A DNA stretch of 64,000 bases from Bacteroidales bacterium (GTDB lineage Bacteria; Bacteroidota; Bacteroidia; Bacteroidales; UBA10428). The stretch lies in contig JAFGPB010000062.1 of assembly GCA_016926205.1 (NCBI GenBank), positions 5,759 to 69,758 on the forward strand, given 5' to 3'. Position numbers and translations under genes: made by a program. This document shows positions 38,332 to 47,155 of this stretch, piece after piece (the stretch's first letter is position 1; every line of letters begins with the position of its first letter). The notes beneath the pieces are model-generated. The model had not been told where the DNA came from. It saw nothing but the letters and a program-made list of their open reading frames with translations, and ran no database searches.

Positions 38332-39210
38332 ATGAAGATTGCGCTATACGGAAAAACTTTCAGTGAAGGATTCAGACCTTATGTTCAGGAGCTCTTCAGA
38401 AAACTGACAGAATATAATGCACAACTTTCAGTTTATAAACCGTTTTATGATTATATCTGTGCAGAAACCCGGATGATGCCGGACATCAGCAGCATGTATT
38501 CGGATTGCAATGATTTCGATCCGTTCAGTGACCTGATGATCAGTATTGGCGGAGATGGAACCTTTCTTGAATCGATACCTTATGTAATCCGATATGATAT
38601 CCCCGTGATTGGCATTAATTCAGGACGAATGGGTTTTCTGGCCTATATTTCCAGGGAAGAGATCATTAAAGCTTTTGATGCGATTTTCAACAATAATTTT
38701 GATATTGAATATCGTACCATGATCCATTTTCTGAAACCGGAGAATCTCTTTGAAGGTATGAATTATGCACTCAATGAGATTACAATCCACAAAGGCGGTT
38801 CCTCGATGATAACCATCGATGCCTTTGTGAATGAAGAATTCCTCAATACATACTGGACGGACGGATTAATCATTTCCACACCGACCGGCTCCACGGCATA
38901 TTCCCTGAGCGTTTCCGGACCTGTTGTTGTTCCGGGGTCAGAAAATTTCATCATTGCTCCCATAGCTTCACACAATTTGACCGTAAGGCCATTGATAATT
39001 CCGGATGATACCGTAATCACCCTGAAGGTAAAGAGCCGGTCCGGAAGATTTCTCGTCTCTGCGGACAACCGGACCATCGAAAGCGTATCGGAAAAGGAAT
39101 TCAGACTGGGGAAATCGGATCGCCGACTAAAAATGCTCAGGCTTCCTGATACCAGTTTTTATTCAACACTGAGGAATAAGCTGATGTGGGGTGTGGATAA
39201 AAGGAATTAA
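38332..39210 (+). CDS. nadK: NAD+ kinase
   Basis: ISIGGDGTFL and GLIISTPTGSTAYSLS motifs. Confidence 0.92.
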   Translation: MKIALYGKTFSEGFRPYVQELFRKLTEYNAQLSVYKPFYDYICAETRMMPDISSMYSDCNDFDPFSDLMISIGGDGTFLESIPYVIRYDIPVIGINSGRMGFLAYISREEIIKAFDAIFNNNFDIEYRTMIHFLKPENLFEGMNYALNEITIHKGGSSMITIDAFVNEEFLNTYWTDGLIISTPTGSTAYSLSVSGPVVVPGSENFIIAPIASHNLTVRPLIIPDDTVITLKVKSRSGRFLVSADNRTIESVSEKEFRLGKSDRRLKMLRLPDTSFYSTLRNKLMWGVDKRN

Positions 39211-40367
39211 CGACTCAGCGAATCATAAAAACTATTTTCAGGAATTCCCTCCAGATGTGTGCGGGTATCACCGGCAAACCTGGTGATTTTGTATTGATCG
39301 TATTCTTTCAGGTTGAACAGTGATTCGCAGTTCTCAAAGTAGCTTACCGGCAGGACATAAAAAGCGGATCTTTCTGTCAGGTCTTCGCGGTAAACCCAGT
39401 ACGGCAGATAACTGTAATCTTTTACATGTGTTTTGCCAGCAGTTTTTTCCAGAACGATTTCAAAAACGATTCCACCATCCCGGTAATGGTCACGTTGGTT
39501 GGAAACGAAATTCCCGAGAGAATAGGCCACAATGTTATGTCCTGATGTATCATTGCTGTAAAACAATTGCACCGGCTGAACGACATGCGGATGTGATCCG
39601 ATCACCGCATCGGCACCGCAATTCAGCATAAATTGCGCCAGATCACGCTGAGACTGGTTCTCAAACCGTTCATATTCATTTCCCCAGTGTATGGCTATAA
39701 CAATAAAATCGGGAGAAGCGCGTTTGGCTTTCTCAATGTCTTCTCTGATCTGCAGAGTATCAATACGGTTGATGATAAAAGGTTCCGGTATTACCAGTCC
39801 GTTGGTCCCATAGGTATAATTGAGCAGTGCGATCCGGATGCTGTTTTTTTCAAGGATGAGCGGATGGTTTTTTTGACGATCAGTTTCATTGAGAAATGTT
39901 CCTGTATGCAGTACATTCAGTGAGTCGAGAACAGCAATGGTCCTTTTAAAACCGTTTTGACCCCGGTCGAGTGCATGATTGTTGGCCTGCAGAAATACAT
40001 CAAAACCTGCATCCCTGGCCGCATGAGCAAGTTCATCCGGACTGGAAAACTCGGGATAACCTTTGTATGGCGGTCCGGCAAGTGTAACTTCAAGATTGAC
40101 AACGGCAATATCTGCCACCTGAATATAACCTGATATGTATCGGAATACCGGTTCAAAGTTGTATGAGTTTAACCTGGCATCCCATGCAACGTTGATTTGC
40201 GCATCGTGTCCCATGACATCACCCGCAAATAAAAGTTTGATCTGATTTGTATCGTTTGTTTGCGCATACAGGCAGAAACTGCATAAGACCAGCAGGAGAA
40301 TCGTCAGGAATCCCAGCAACAATTTCCTACTAACGGACAGCAGCATTATAGGGAAGTAACCGTGCAT
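39207..40367 (-). CDS. CapA-family metallophosphoesterase-like protein
   Basis: FAGDVMGH, NNHALD and HWGNEY motifs with a signal/TM N-terminus. Confidence 0.8.
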   Translation of the reverse strand: MHGYFPIMLLSVSRKLLLGFLTILLLVLCSFCLYAQTNDTNQIKLLFAGDVMGHDAQINVAWDARLNSYNFEPVFRYISGYIQVADIAVVNLEVTLAGPPYKGYPEFSSPDELAHAARDAGFDVFLQANNHALDRGQNGFKRTIAVLDSLNVLHTGTFLNETDRQKNHPLILEKNSIRIALLNYTYGTNGLVIPEPFIINRIDTLQIREDIEKAKRASPDFIVIAIHWGNEYERFENQSQRDLAQFMLNCGADAVIGSHPHVVQPVQLFYSNDTSGHNIVAYSLGNFVSNQRDHYRDGGIVFEIVLEKTAGKTHVKDYSYLPYWVYREDLTERSAFYVLPVSYFENCESLFNLKEYDQYKITRFAGDTRTHLEGIPENSFYDSLSR

Positions 40368-40435
40368 TAATTAAAATATTCTGATCTTTTCAACCTGATC
40401 TCAATTCATAAATCCGATTGCAGTGACAAGGATGA

Positions 40436-41227
40436 TCACCATCTTCCGCTTGCTCCTCCTCCTCCAAAACTGCCTCCCCCGCCTCCTGAAAATCCGCCGA
40501 ATCCACCGCTTCCGCCTCCTGAAAATCCTCCGAATCCGCCACTTCCGGAGTTGAAATCACTCCAGTTCCTGCCTGAAGAACTGCCCGTACCCATGATCCA
40601 CCATGGAATACTATGTGTCGGTGAATAGTATTGTCTGCTGGTCCTGAATATTTTGCTGACTATCATAAAGACGATGATGATCAGAATGAGTATCAGCAGG
40701 GGATTCAGTTCATCCGCATCTCCTGTTAAATAATCATCTGCCGTAAACTCTCCTCTGGTCAGTGACATCAGAACATTTGCAGCAGAATCCAGTCCTTCGT
40801 AATAATTCTCTTCCCTGAAGCCCGGTGTAATCACATGTTCAATAAGCCGTTTTGCGATGACATCCGGTACCGCTCCTTCCAGACCATACCCTGTTTGAAT
40901 GGTCAGAACGCGGTTTGCAGGACTTACGAGAATCAGTATACCATTGTCTTTGCCTTCCTGACCGATGCCCCATTCTGATGCAAGACGAACACCGTAATCG
41001 TCAACATCATAACCCTGAAGATCATCGTAGGTAACTACATAGATCTGTGTTGATGTTTCATTATTGAATTTCAGCAATTTATTGTTTAGCTCGATCTGTT
41101 GTTGCTCCGTAAGTAATCCTGTATAATCATTGACAAGCCGCAAAGGTACCATGGGATCGGGGAAATGCTGACCTTGTAATCTATTGATGGACAGTAAGAT
41201 GAGTAAAACTATCTTAGAAGTTCGCAT
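40436..41227 (-). CDS. TPM-domain protein (YgcG-like) with TM and Gly-rich tail
   Basis: VNDYTGLLTEQQ...ILILVS...RVLTIQTGYGLEG, followed by a TM helix and a GSGGFGGFSGG repeat tail. Confidence 0.85.
   Translation of the reverse strand: MRTSKIVLLILLSINRLQGQHFPDPMVPLRLVNDYTGLLTEQQQIELNNKLLKFNNETSTQIYVVTYDDLQGYDVDDYGVRLASEWGIGQEGKDNGILILVSPANRVLTIQTGYGLEGAVPDVIAKRLIEHVITPGFREENYYEGLDSAANVLMSLTRGEFTADDYLTGDADELNPLLILILIIIVFMIVSKIFRTSRQYYSPTHSIPWWIMGTGSSSGRNWSDFNSGSGGFGGFSGGGSGGFGGFSGGGGGSFGGGGASGRW
40481..40546. repeat. 33-bp tandem duplication (30/33 identical) encoding GSGGFGGFSGG x2
   Basis: Copy 1 gcctcctgaaaatccgccgaatccaccgcttcc (40481-40513). Copy 2 gcctcctgaaaatcctccgaatccgccacttcc (40514-40546). 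Confidence 0.85.
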
Positions 41228-41258
41228 AGCCGCTCAACGGATTTAAAAGATAAAACAT

Positions 41259-41702
41259 TCATGGGATCTTATCAAAGGAAATATCATCTGACAGCTCATT
41301 GATATCGTCAGCCTGCCGGGGAAAATGTTCTCTGAGCTGTTGACCTGCCAGTTCAATGCCTTTACACAATCCTTTTGTGAATTCTTCGCGCCTGAAATGT
41401 TCATCCATCGCTTCTTTAATGCTGTCCCAAAAATATTCGGGAACAAGCCTGTTGATATTGGTATCTCCCAGAATTGCAAACTGCCTGTTTTTTATTGACA
41501 GGTAGAACAACACACCGTTCCTGAGGCGGGTTTTATGCATGCCAAGACGGTAGAAGACAGTTGCTGCACGGTCAAGTACAGCACCCTGAAACAATGTCTC
41601 GACATGCACCCTGATCTCTCCTGAGGTTTTTGATTCCGCAACCCGGATCGCATTTCTCAACAATTCCTTTTCATTCCGGTCAAAGAAGTTGAAGGCCTGC
41701 AT
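41259..41702 (-). CDS. TPM-domain protein (short, cytoplasmic-type)
   Basis: 147 aa with SGEIRVHVE...GVLFYLSIKNRQFAILGD. Confidence 0.8.
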   Translation of the reverse strand: MQAFNFFDRNEKELLRNAIRVAESKTSGEIRVHVETLFQGAVLDRAATVFYRLGMHKTRLRNGVLFYLSIKNRQFAILGDTNINRLVPEYFWDSIKEAMDEHFRREEFTKGLCKGIELAGQQLREHFPRQADDINELSDDISFDKIP

Positions 41703-41713
41703 AAACTGAATTT

Positions 41714-42304
41714 CTAAAATTCAACTTCCGGTGCCTCAGATGCAGCGGGTTCAGCTTCAAAATAAGGTCTTTCTTTAAAGCCCAGCAATCCTGCAAAGAA
41801 TACGGTCGGGATTTTCTTGATCTCTGAATTGTACAGGGTTGCGGTTTCATTGAAATTCCTCCTTTCAACTGCAATTCTGTTTTCGGTCCCTTCAAGCTGA
41901 GCCTGTAATTCGAGGAAATTCTGATTGGCTTTCAGTTCAGGATAATTTTCCACAATTGCCAGAAGCCGGGATAAAGCAGATGAGACTTCGCCCTGTGCCT
42001 CCTGAAACTGTTGAAGATCTGCACTGGTCATATCTGAAGCATCAATGGACATGGAGGTTGCCCTGGACCGGGCTTCGGTCACCCGGGTAAAGGTTTCCTG
42101 TTCATGCTCAGCATAACCCCTGACAGTGTTGACCAGATTCGGGATCAGATCAGCCCGGCGTTGATAGACATTCTCAACATTGGCCCACTCCCGGTTTACT
42201 TCTTCCCTTAAGGTCACCAGATTGTTATATCCTTTGCAACCCCGGAAGATGAGTACAATAAGAATGACAACAATAACAATCAGAATGATGCGGCTTGTTT
42301 TCAT
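41714..42304 (-). CDS. lemA: LemA family protein
   Basis: N-terminal TM, YNNLVTLREEV...WANVENVYQRRADLIPNLV...ENRIAVERRNFN. Confidence 0.9.
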   Translation of the reverse strand: MKTSRIILIVIVVILIVLIFRGCKGYNNLVTLREEVNREWANVENVYQRRADLIPNLVNTVRGYAEHEQETFTRVTEARSRATSMSIDASDMTSADLQQFQEAQGEVSSALSRLLAIVENYPELKANQNFLELQAQLEGTENRIAVERRNFNETATLYNSEIKKIPTVFFAGLLGFKERPYFEAEPAASEAPEVEF

Positions 42305-42433
42305 GGTTTTAGAATGTAGTTTATCAATCAGACAGAGTATGGTTTGTGAACATTGGTATGAATGATGCGAAAGTAATACATTGGTTCATATTTCACACTG
42401 GTTTGGAACCAAATATCCACAACATGGGGTTTC

Positions 42434-43360
42434 TTAAGCGGACATGTATCCGGTAATGGTTTCAAAAACCCGTTGCTTTATTTCCCCTGGTGTCGGATTC
42501 AATTCCGGGGAAGTAAAAGATCCTGTTTCACAATCGATCCGTTCATAAACCATCAGATATAGGTTAAAAATTATATGAAGACTGAGCAGGTAGGGAGGTT
42601 CAACATGTTTACCGAGGGTATGGATCGTTTCATGGGTGAGCCGACGGTATTTGTCTGCCAGATCACAATATTCGCGGATCACATTTCTGAATTCTTCTGG
42701 TATTGCCTTACCGGTTGCGATTTCCCTGACTTTCTCTGCATTCAGACCGTTCCGGGTAAGTATGTCATGAGCAAAACAATTCAGATTGTTTTCCTGATCC
42801 TTCCTGAAATCACGGATGATGTGTACGATATAGCTGAACATGGCACAAGGTGTGGCAGCTTTTTTCACATCGAAAGCAGGTATCAGGTATTCATGATCCC
42901 GTGAACGCAATCCGCAAAGATGTAAAAAAATTGATGCTGGGGCAACGGATGCTCCCTGACTGTATTCGATAAAATCATTCAGTGTTCTGAAACCGCTATG
43001 ATTGATGTCGTATATCATGGACCTGGCAAAATCTTCCAATGGCCATAAAGGCAGGCGGAATTTTTTTATAGTCCGGATTAATTCATTTACCGATGTGGTT
43101 TTTTCTGTCTGAGCCTCTATGGAACTGATCCAGGAATCCACTTTGTCCATAAAATACTTTCTATCCTTTTCTTTAATTGTTGTATGCAGGGACTTATGAC
43201 AGTCAATCAGATCATCAAGCTCGCGCAGGTACCTGTAAAAAGTTTGTGCAGCTTTGTAACGTTCTTCTTCCCAGAAGCTTGCAGCAATAAGAATATTTGG
43301 ATGATCTTTGATCGTCTCGAAATCAATAGATTCAAATTTTACTATGAAGTTATTGTACAT
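42434..43360 (-). CDS. Squalene/phytoene synthase family protein (CrtB/CrtM-like)
   Basis: First Asp-rich motif YRYLRELDDLID and second motif HIIRDFRKD. 10 bp downstream of the crtI-like gene. Confidence 0.75.
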   Translation of the reverse strand: MYNNFIVKFESIDFETIKDHPNILIAASFWEEERYKAAQTFYRYLRELDDLIDCHKSLHTTIKEKDRKYFMDKVDSWISSIEAQTEKTTSVNELIRTIKKFRLPLWPLEDFARSMIYDINHSGFRTLNDFIEYSQGASVAPASIFLHLCGLRSRDHEYLIPAFDVKKAATPCAMFSYIVHIIRDFRKDQENNLNCFAHDILTRNGLNAEKVREIATGKAIPEEFRNVIREYCDLADKYRRLTHETIHTLGKHVEPPYLLSLHIIFNLYLMVYERIDCETGSFTSPELNPTPGEIKQRVFETITGYMSA

Positions 43361-43370
43361 AGTTCAATTG

Positions 43371-44861
43371 TTATAAATCGTTCATTTCTTTTAATATACG
43401 TTCTGATACAAGTCTTGCTGAAAGGAGTACCAGGGGCACACCGTTACCGGGATGCGTGCCCCCTCCGGTAAAATATAAATTCTTGTAAAAAGGATGACGG
43501 TTATGAGGCCTGAAATATCCCATCTGGAATATATTATGAGCAAGGCTTCCGAATGTGGCTCCTCTGGACAGGTTAAAAACATTCTTCCAGGTTTGCGGGA
43601 GATAACTAATCTCAAATTTCAGATGTTCTTGAATGTCATCAAATCCCTGTTGCTTCAACCGGTTTATCACTGCCATCCGTGCATTTTCTTTAAGAATATT
43701 CCAGTCAATCTTTTTGCTGCCCATATGCCCGCAGGGTATGATGACAGACAGAGTATCCTGACCCTGAGGTGCGGCAGTCGGGTCGGACCTTACAGGAGCA
43801 TGAATATAGAAACTAGGCTTTGCGGACAGGGATTGTTTGTTGAAAATGGTTTTCAGATTGGAACGGTATTGATCAGATATGAATACATTGTGGTGCTGGA
43901 GCCCGGTGTATTCTTTATCCAGAGCCCAGTGCAGAACGATAGCAGAACAACTGAATTTTAATCTGTTAATTCTGGCAGACCTTCTTTTGTCGGGAAGCAG
44001 GTCACGGTAAACATAAGGAAGATCGGCATTTGCAATGACAATTCCTCCATCTGTGGTTCGGCCGCTACTGGTTGTAATACCGGTAACCCTGTTTTTGCAG
44101 GTGTTGATTTTAACTACAGGCTGACTGAAGAAAATCTTCACACCCAGGTTTTGAGCCACGGAGACAAGTTTGTTAGTGATGCTGAACATTCCGCCCTGGG
44201 GAAAAAAAGATCCTTCTGATAATTCAGCAGCCGGTATCATTGCAAAAAGTGCAGGTGCTTTCAACGGATTTTGTCCAACATATATATTCTGAAATGTAAA
44301 GGCTGTTCGTAAATGCGGATGTTTAAAGAATCTTTTTATGTAAACCTGGTGTCTCAGATAGGTCTTCAATTGAATCAGCAACAACATGTTCTTCAGGTTG
44401 GCAAACTGAAAAAAATCTGTGAAATTTCTGCCCAGAAGCTTTGCGATCGCCAATTCATAAAACTTGTAACCCGATCTGATATATAACAGGGCTTTTTGGT
44501 AGCTGCCTTTTTCCAGACGTTCGAGCTGGTCCTGAAAATGCTTCTGGTTTGTGGAAAACTCCAATTCAGTACCGTCATCATAGTGAATTTTGTATAGTGT
44601 TGGCAGGGGATGTCTGATGCAGCATTCATCAAAATCAAGTCCGAGTGTTCCGAATATACGTCTGTAAATCTCCGGCATGAGTAAAATTGTTGCTCCCGTG
44701 TCAAAACGGTGTCCTTCCCTGATGATCTGTCCGCAACGACCGCCGGGAGTTGCATTTTTTTCAAAGATTTTTACCTGATACCCGTTTTGCGCCAGATATA
44801 TGGCAGTTGTTAAACCTCCGATTCCTGTTCCAATGACAATTGCGGATTTTTCAGCATTCAT
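43371..44861 (-). CDS. Phytoene desaturase family FAD-dependent oxidoreductase (CrtI/CrtN-like)
   Basis: Dinucleotide fold VIGTGIGGLTTAIYLAQNGYQVKIFEKNATPGGR and C-terminal FTGGGTHPGNGVP. Confidence 0.85.
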   Translation of the reverse strand: MNAEKSAIVIGTGIGGLTTAIYLAQNGYQVKIFEKNATPGGRCGQIIREGHRFDTGATILLMPEIYRRIFGTLGLDFDECCIRHPLPTLYKIHYDDGTELEFSTNQKHFQDQLERLEKGSYQKALLYIRSGYKFYELAIAKLLGRNFTDFFQFANLKNMLLLIQLKTYLRHQVYIKRFFKHPHLRTAFTFQNIYVGQNPLKAPALFAMIPAAELSEGSFFPQGGMFSITNKLVSVAQNLGVKIFFSQPVVKINTCKNRVTGITTSSGRTTDGGIVIANADLPYVYRDLLPDKRRSARINRLKFSCSAIVLHWALDKEYTGLQHHNVFISDQYRSNLKTIFNKQSLSAKPSFYIHAPVRSDPTAAPQGQDTLSVIIPCGHMGSKKIDWNILKENARMAVINRLKQQGFDDIQEHLKFEISYLPQTWKNVFNLSRGATFGSLAHNIFQMGYFRPHNRHPFYKNLYFTGGGTHPGNGVPLVLLSARLVSERILKEMNDL

Positions 44862-45028
44862 AGATCCATGTATATTTTAGCATATCGCCAAATTAATAAT
44901 TTTTATTCGTGAATCTCAAGTTTATAAATGCAATGAATTTCGAACCCGGTAAAAACATTTTCACAATTTCAATGCCGGTATTGGTAAATGACTTATCTTC
45001 GGGGTCTCAAATTTAATTAGTACAGCAG

Positions 45029-45742
45029 ATGAAAAATTTAAGATTAATCATTTTTTTTATTGCAGGAATGTTTACAATCGCTTCATGCAGTTCCGGGCAA
45101 CAGTATGCAGGAACGAAACTGAAAACAAAAGAAGATACGGTGAGTTATTTCCTGGGTATCACTTACGGAAGCAGTCTGAAGCAGGCAGAAGTGGACAAGA
45201 TATTCAATTACGACGCGTTTGCAAAGGGAATAGTTGATGCTTCAAAATCAGATACAATGCCCGTTTCCGAAATTGAGATCAATGCCTATCTGAGCATGTT
45301 CTTTGAGGAATTCCAGGAAGATCAACTGAAGATACAATACGAGGATTATATTGCAGAAAATAAAGCTTTTCTTGATGCAAATGCAAAAGAAGACAGTGTC
45401 GTATCGTTGCCAAGCGGACTACAGTATAAAATCCTGGAGGTAAGCGCAGGTCCGCAACCTGTCGATACCGATGAAGTTAAAGTAAACTATACAGGCTGGC
45501 TGATAGACGGGACAAAGTTTGACAGTTCATATGACCGTGGCGAACCAGCAGTATTTCCAGTAAATGCGGTTATTCCTGGCTGGTCAGAAGCCATAAAATT
45601 AATGCCCCTTGGTTCGAAATGGAAAGTATGGATACCGGAAGACATGGCATATGGAAGTATGGCTCCGGAAGGCTCTCAAATCATTCCATTTTCCACACTG
45701 GTATTTGAAATAGAACTGCTTGAAATCAATCCCGCCCAGTAA
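45029..45742 (+). CDS. FKBP-type peptidyl-prolyl isomerase lipoprotein (Mip/FkpA-like), canonical paralog
   Basis: Lipobox IASC. VNYTGWLIDGTKFDSSYDRGEP...IPGWSEAIKLMPLGSKW...FEIELLEI. Confidence 0.9.
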   Translation: MKNLRLIIFFIAGMFTIASCSSGQQYAGTKLKTKEDTVSYFLGITYGSSLKQAEVDKIFNYDAFAKGIVDASKSDTMPVSEIEINAYLSMFFEEFQEDQLKIQYEDYIAENKAFLDANAKEDSVVSLPSGLQYKILEVSAGPQPVDTDEVKVNYTGWLIDGTKFDSSYDRGEPAVFPVNAVIPGWSEAIKLMPLGSKWKVWIPEDMAYGSMAPEGSQIIPFSTLVFEIELLEINPAQ

Positions 45743-45762
45743 GAAGTAAAAAGCTCTTTCAA

Positions 45763-45807
45763 AGGGAGTGTCTTAAAGGTTCAGCTTTTAAGGCATTCCC
45801 TGCTTTT
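45763..45807 (+). terminator. Hairpin terminator after the FKBP gene
   Basis: AGGGAGTGTCTTAA-11 nt-TTAAGGCATTCCCT (14 bp including 2 G-U pairs) followed by gcTTTTcgg. Confidence 0.5.
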
Positions 45808-46123
45808 CGGATGTCTTTCCCATACACTTTTAACTCCTGACGGCAAGAGTATTTGCAGAACTATTTTAAATCGCTGAATATTAATTTTTAATATTTCATA
45901 TCAGATCGATTTCAAATGACGGACCTGTAGAAAAACCGGGTAACATCAGTTCGTCAGAACTCAGCCATACCATCAGAACCCTGCATGATCTTTATAATAC
46001 GAGTCAAACGGGTAATAAACGATCTTCATTTTTACTGATTTGACATTGAATTGCAGAAGTGATTTGTATACCAGACGTTTTTTTTGTAAATTGATCTTGT
46101 ATTTCAACAAAACAAATCAGGTC

Positions 46124-47044
46124 ATGAATAAAGAAGAAAAGATGCCGGAAGGATTTGCAACCACGCAGAAAATCAAAAAAATACTTGTACCGGTTGATTA
46201 TTCCGAGTGCTCGGATTTTGCCTGTCATTATGCGATAAAAATTGCCTGTAAGGTTGGAGCGGAACTCAAGCTTCTACACACTTATTATTCACCTGCATTC
46301 GATCTCATTGAACTTGCCGGTGCCGTTCAGACACAGGCACACCTTAAGGAGGAAGTTATGGTGAACCTGGAACAGAGTGAAAAGGAAACGGTTGAAAATT
46401 ATGTCGAGGAACTTAAGAGATATATTAAAGATAGCGGTTTCCCTGAAATCAAGGTAGGATATGAAATACTTCCGGGCGTGCCGGAAGATGAAATCATCAG
46501 GTTCAGTGAGACTTATAAACCCGATTTGGTGGTGATGGGCACTCATGGCAAAGGGACCGGAATGGGCGCAATCATGGGCAGCGTTACTGTTGCGGTCATA
46601 AAGCGTATTGCTTTTCCGATCATGTCAATCCCTGTAAAATATACATTTGTCGGAGAAAAGAATGTGAAGAATATATTGTACGTGACAGAATTTGATGAAT
46701 CTGATTTTATGTCACTGAAAAAGCTTATGAACATTACCGAACAGTTTGATTTCGACATTCATTGTGTACACATCACTGAAGATCCCGGGTCATGGGACAG
46801 GGTAAAAATGGAAGGTCTTATGGAATATTTCAGGAAGTCCTACGGAAAAAGCCAGGTACAGTATAGTTTTGTCAGTCCTAAGAATCTGCTTGAAGATCTG
46901 GACCAGAAGATCAGGGATCTGAAGATCAATATTCTTTCGCTGACCTCACACCGCAGGAAGCTGTTTGAGAGACTTTTTAAGCCGGATATCACCAAAAAAC
47001 TCTTCTATCATACAAGTATTCCCCTGCTGGTTTTCCATTCATAA
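46124..47044 (+). CDS. Tandem-domain universal stress protein (UspA family)
   Basis: KILVPVDYSECS...DLVVMGTHGKG in domain 1 and a second Usp-like half. I prefer the ATG at 46124 over the tracked start at 46040. Confidence 0.85.
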   Translation: MNKEEKMPEGFATTQKIKKILVPVDYSECSDFACHYAIKIACKVGAELKLLHTYYSPAFDLIELAGAVQTQAHLKEEVMVNLEQSEKETVENYVEELKRYIKDSGFPEIKVGYEILPGVPEDEIIRFSETYKPDLVVMGTHGKGTGMGAIMGSVTVAVIKRIAFPIMSIPVKYTFVGEKNVKNILYVTEFDESDFMSLKKLMNITEQFDFDIHCVHITEDPGSWDRVKMEGLMEYFRKSYGKSQVQYSFVSPKNLLEDLDQKIRDLKINILSLTSHRRKLFERLFKPDITKKLFYHTSIPLLVFHS

Positions 47045-47066
47045 TGATTATCAATATATGCAGGGA

Positions 47067-47086
47067 CCGGCACCTGATGGTGCCGG
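47067..47086. terminator. GC-rich 8-bp stem / tetraloop between convergent genes (weak terminator candidate)
   Basis: CCGGCACC-tgat-GGTGCCGG. No U-tract. Confidence 0.3.
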
Positions 47087-47155
47087 GAGCCGGAATATTA
47101 CTGACAAGAATTCAGTATGCATTGTTAAAGGCTGGTAAATGGTAAGGTTCTGGAA

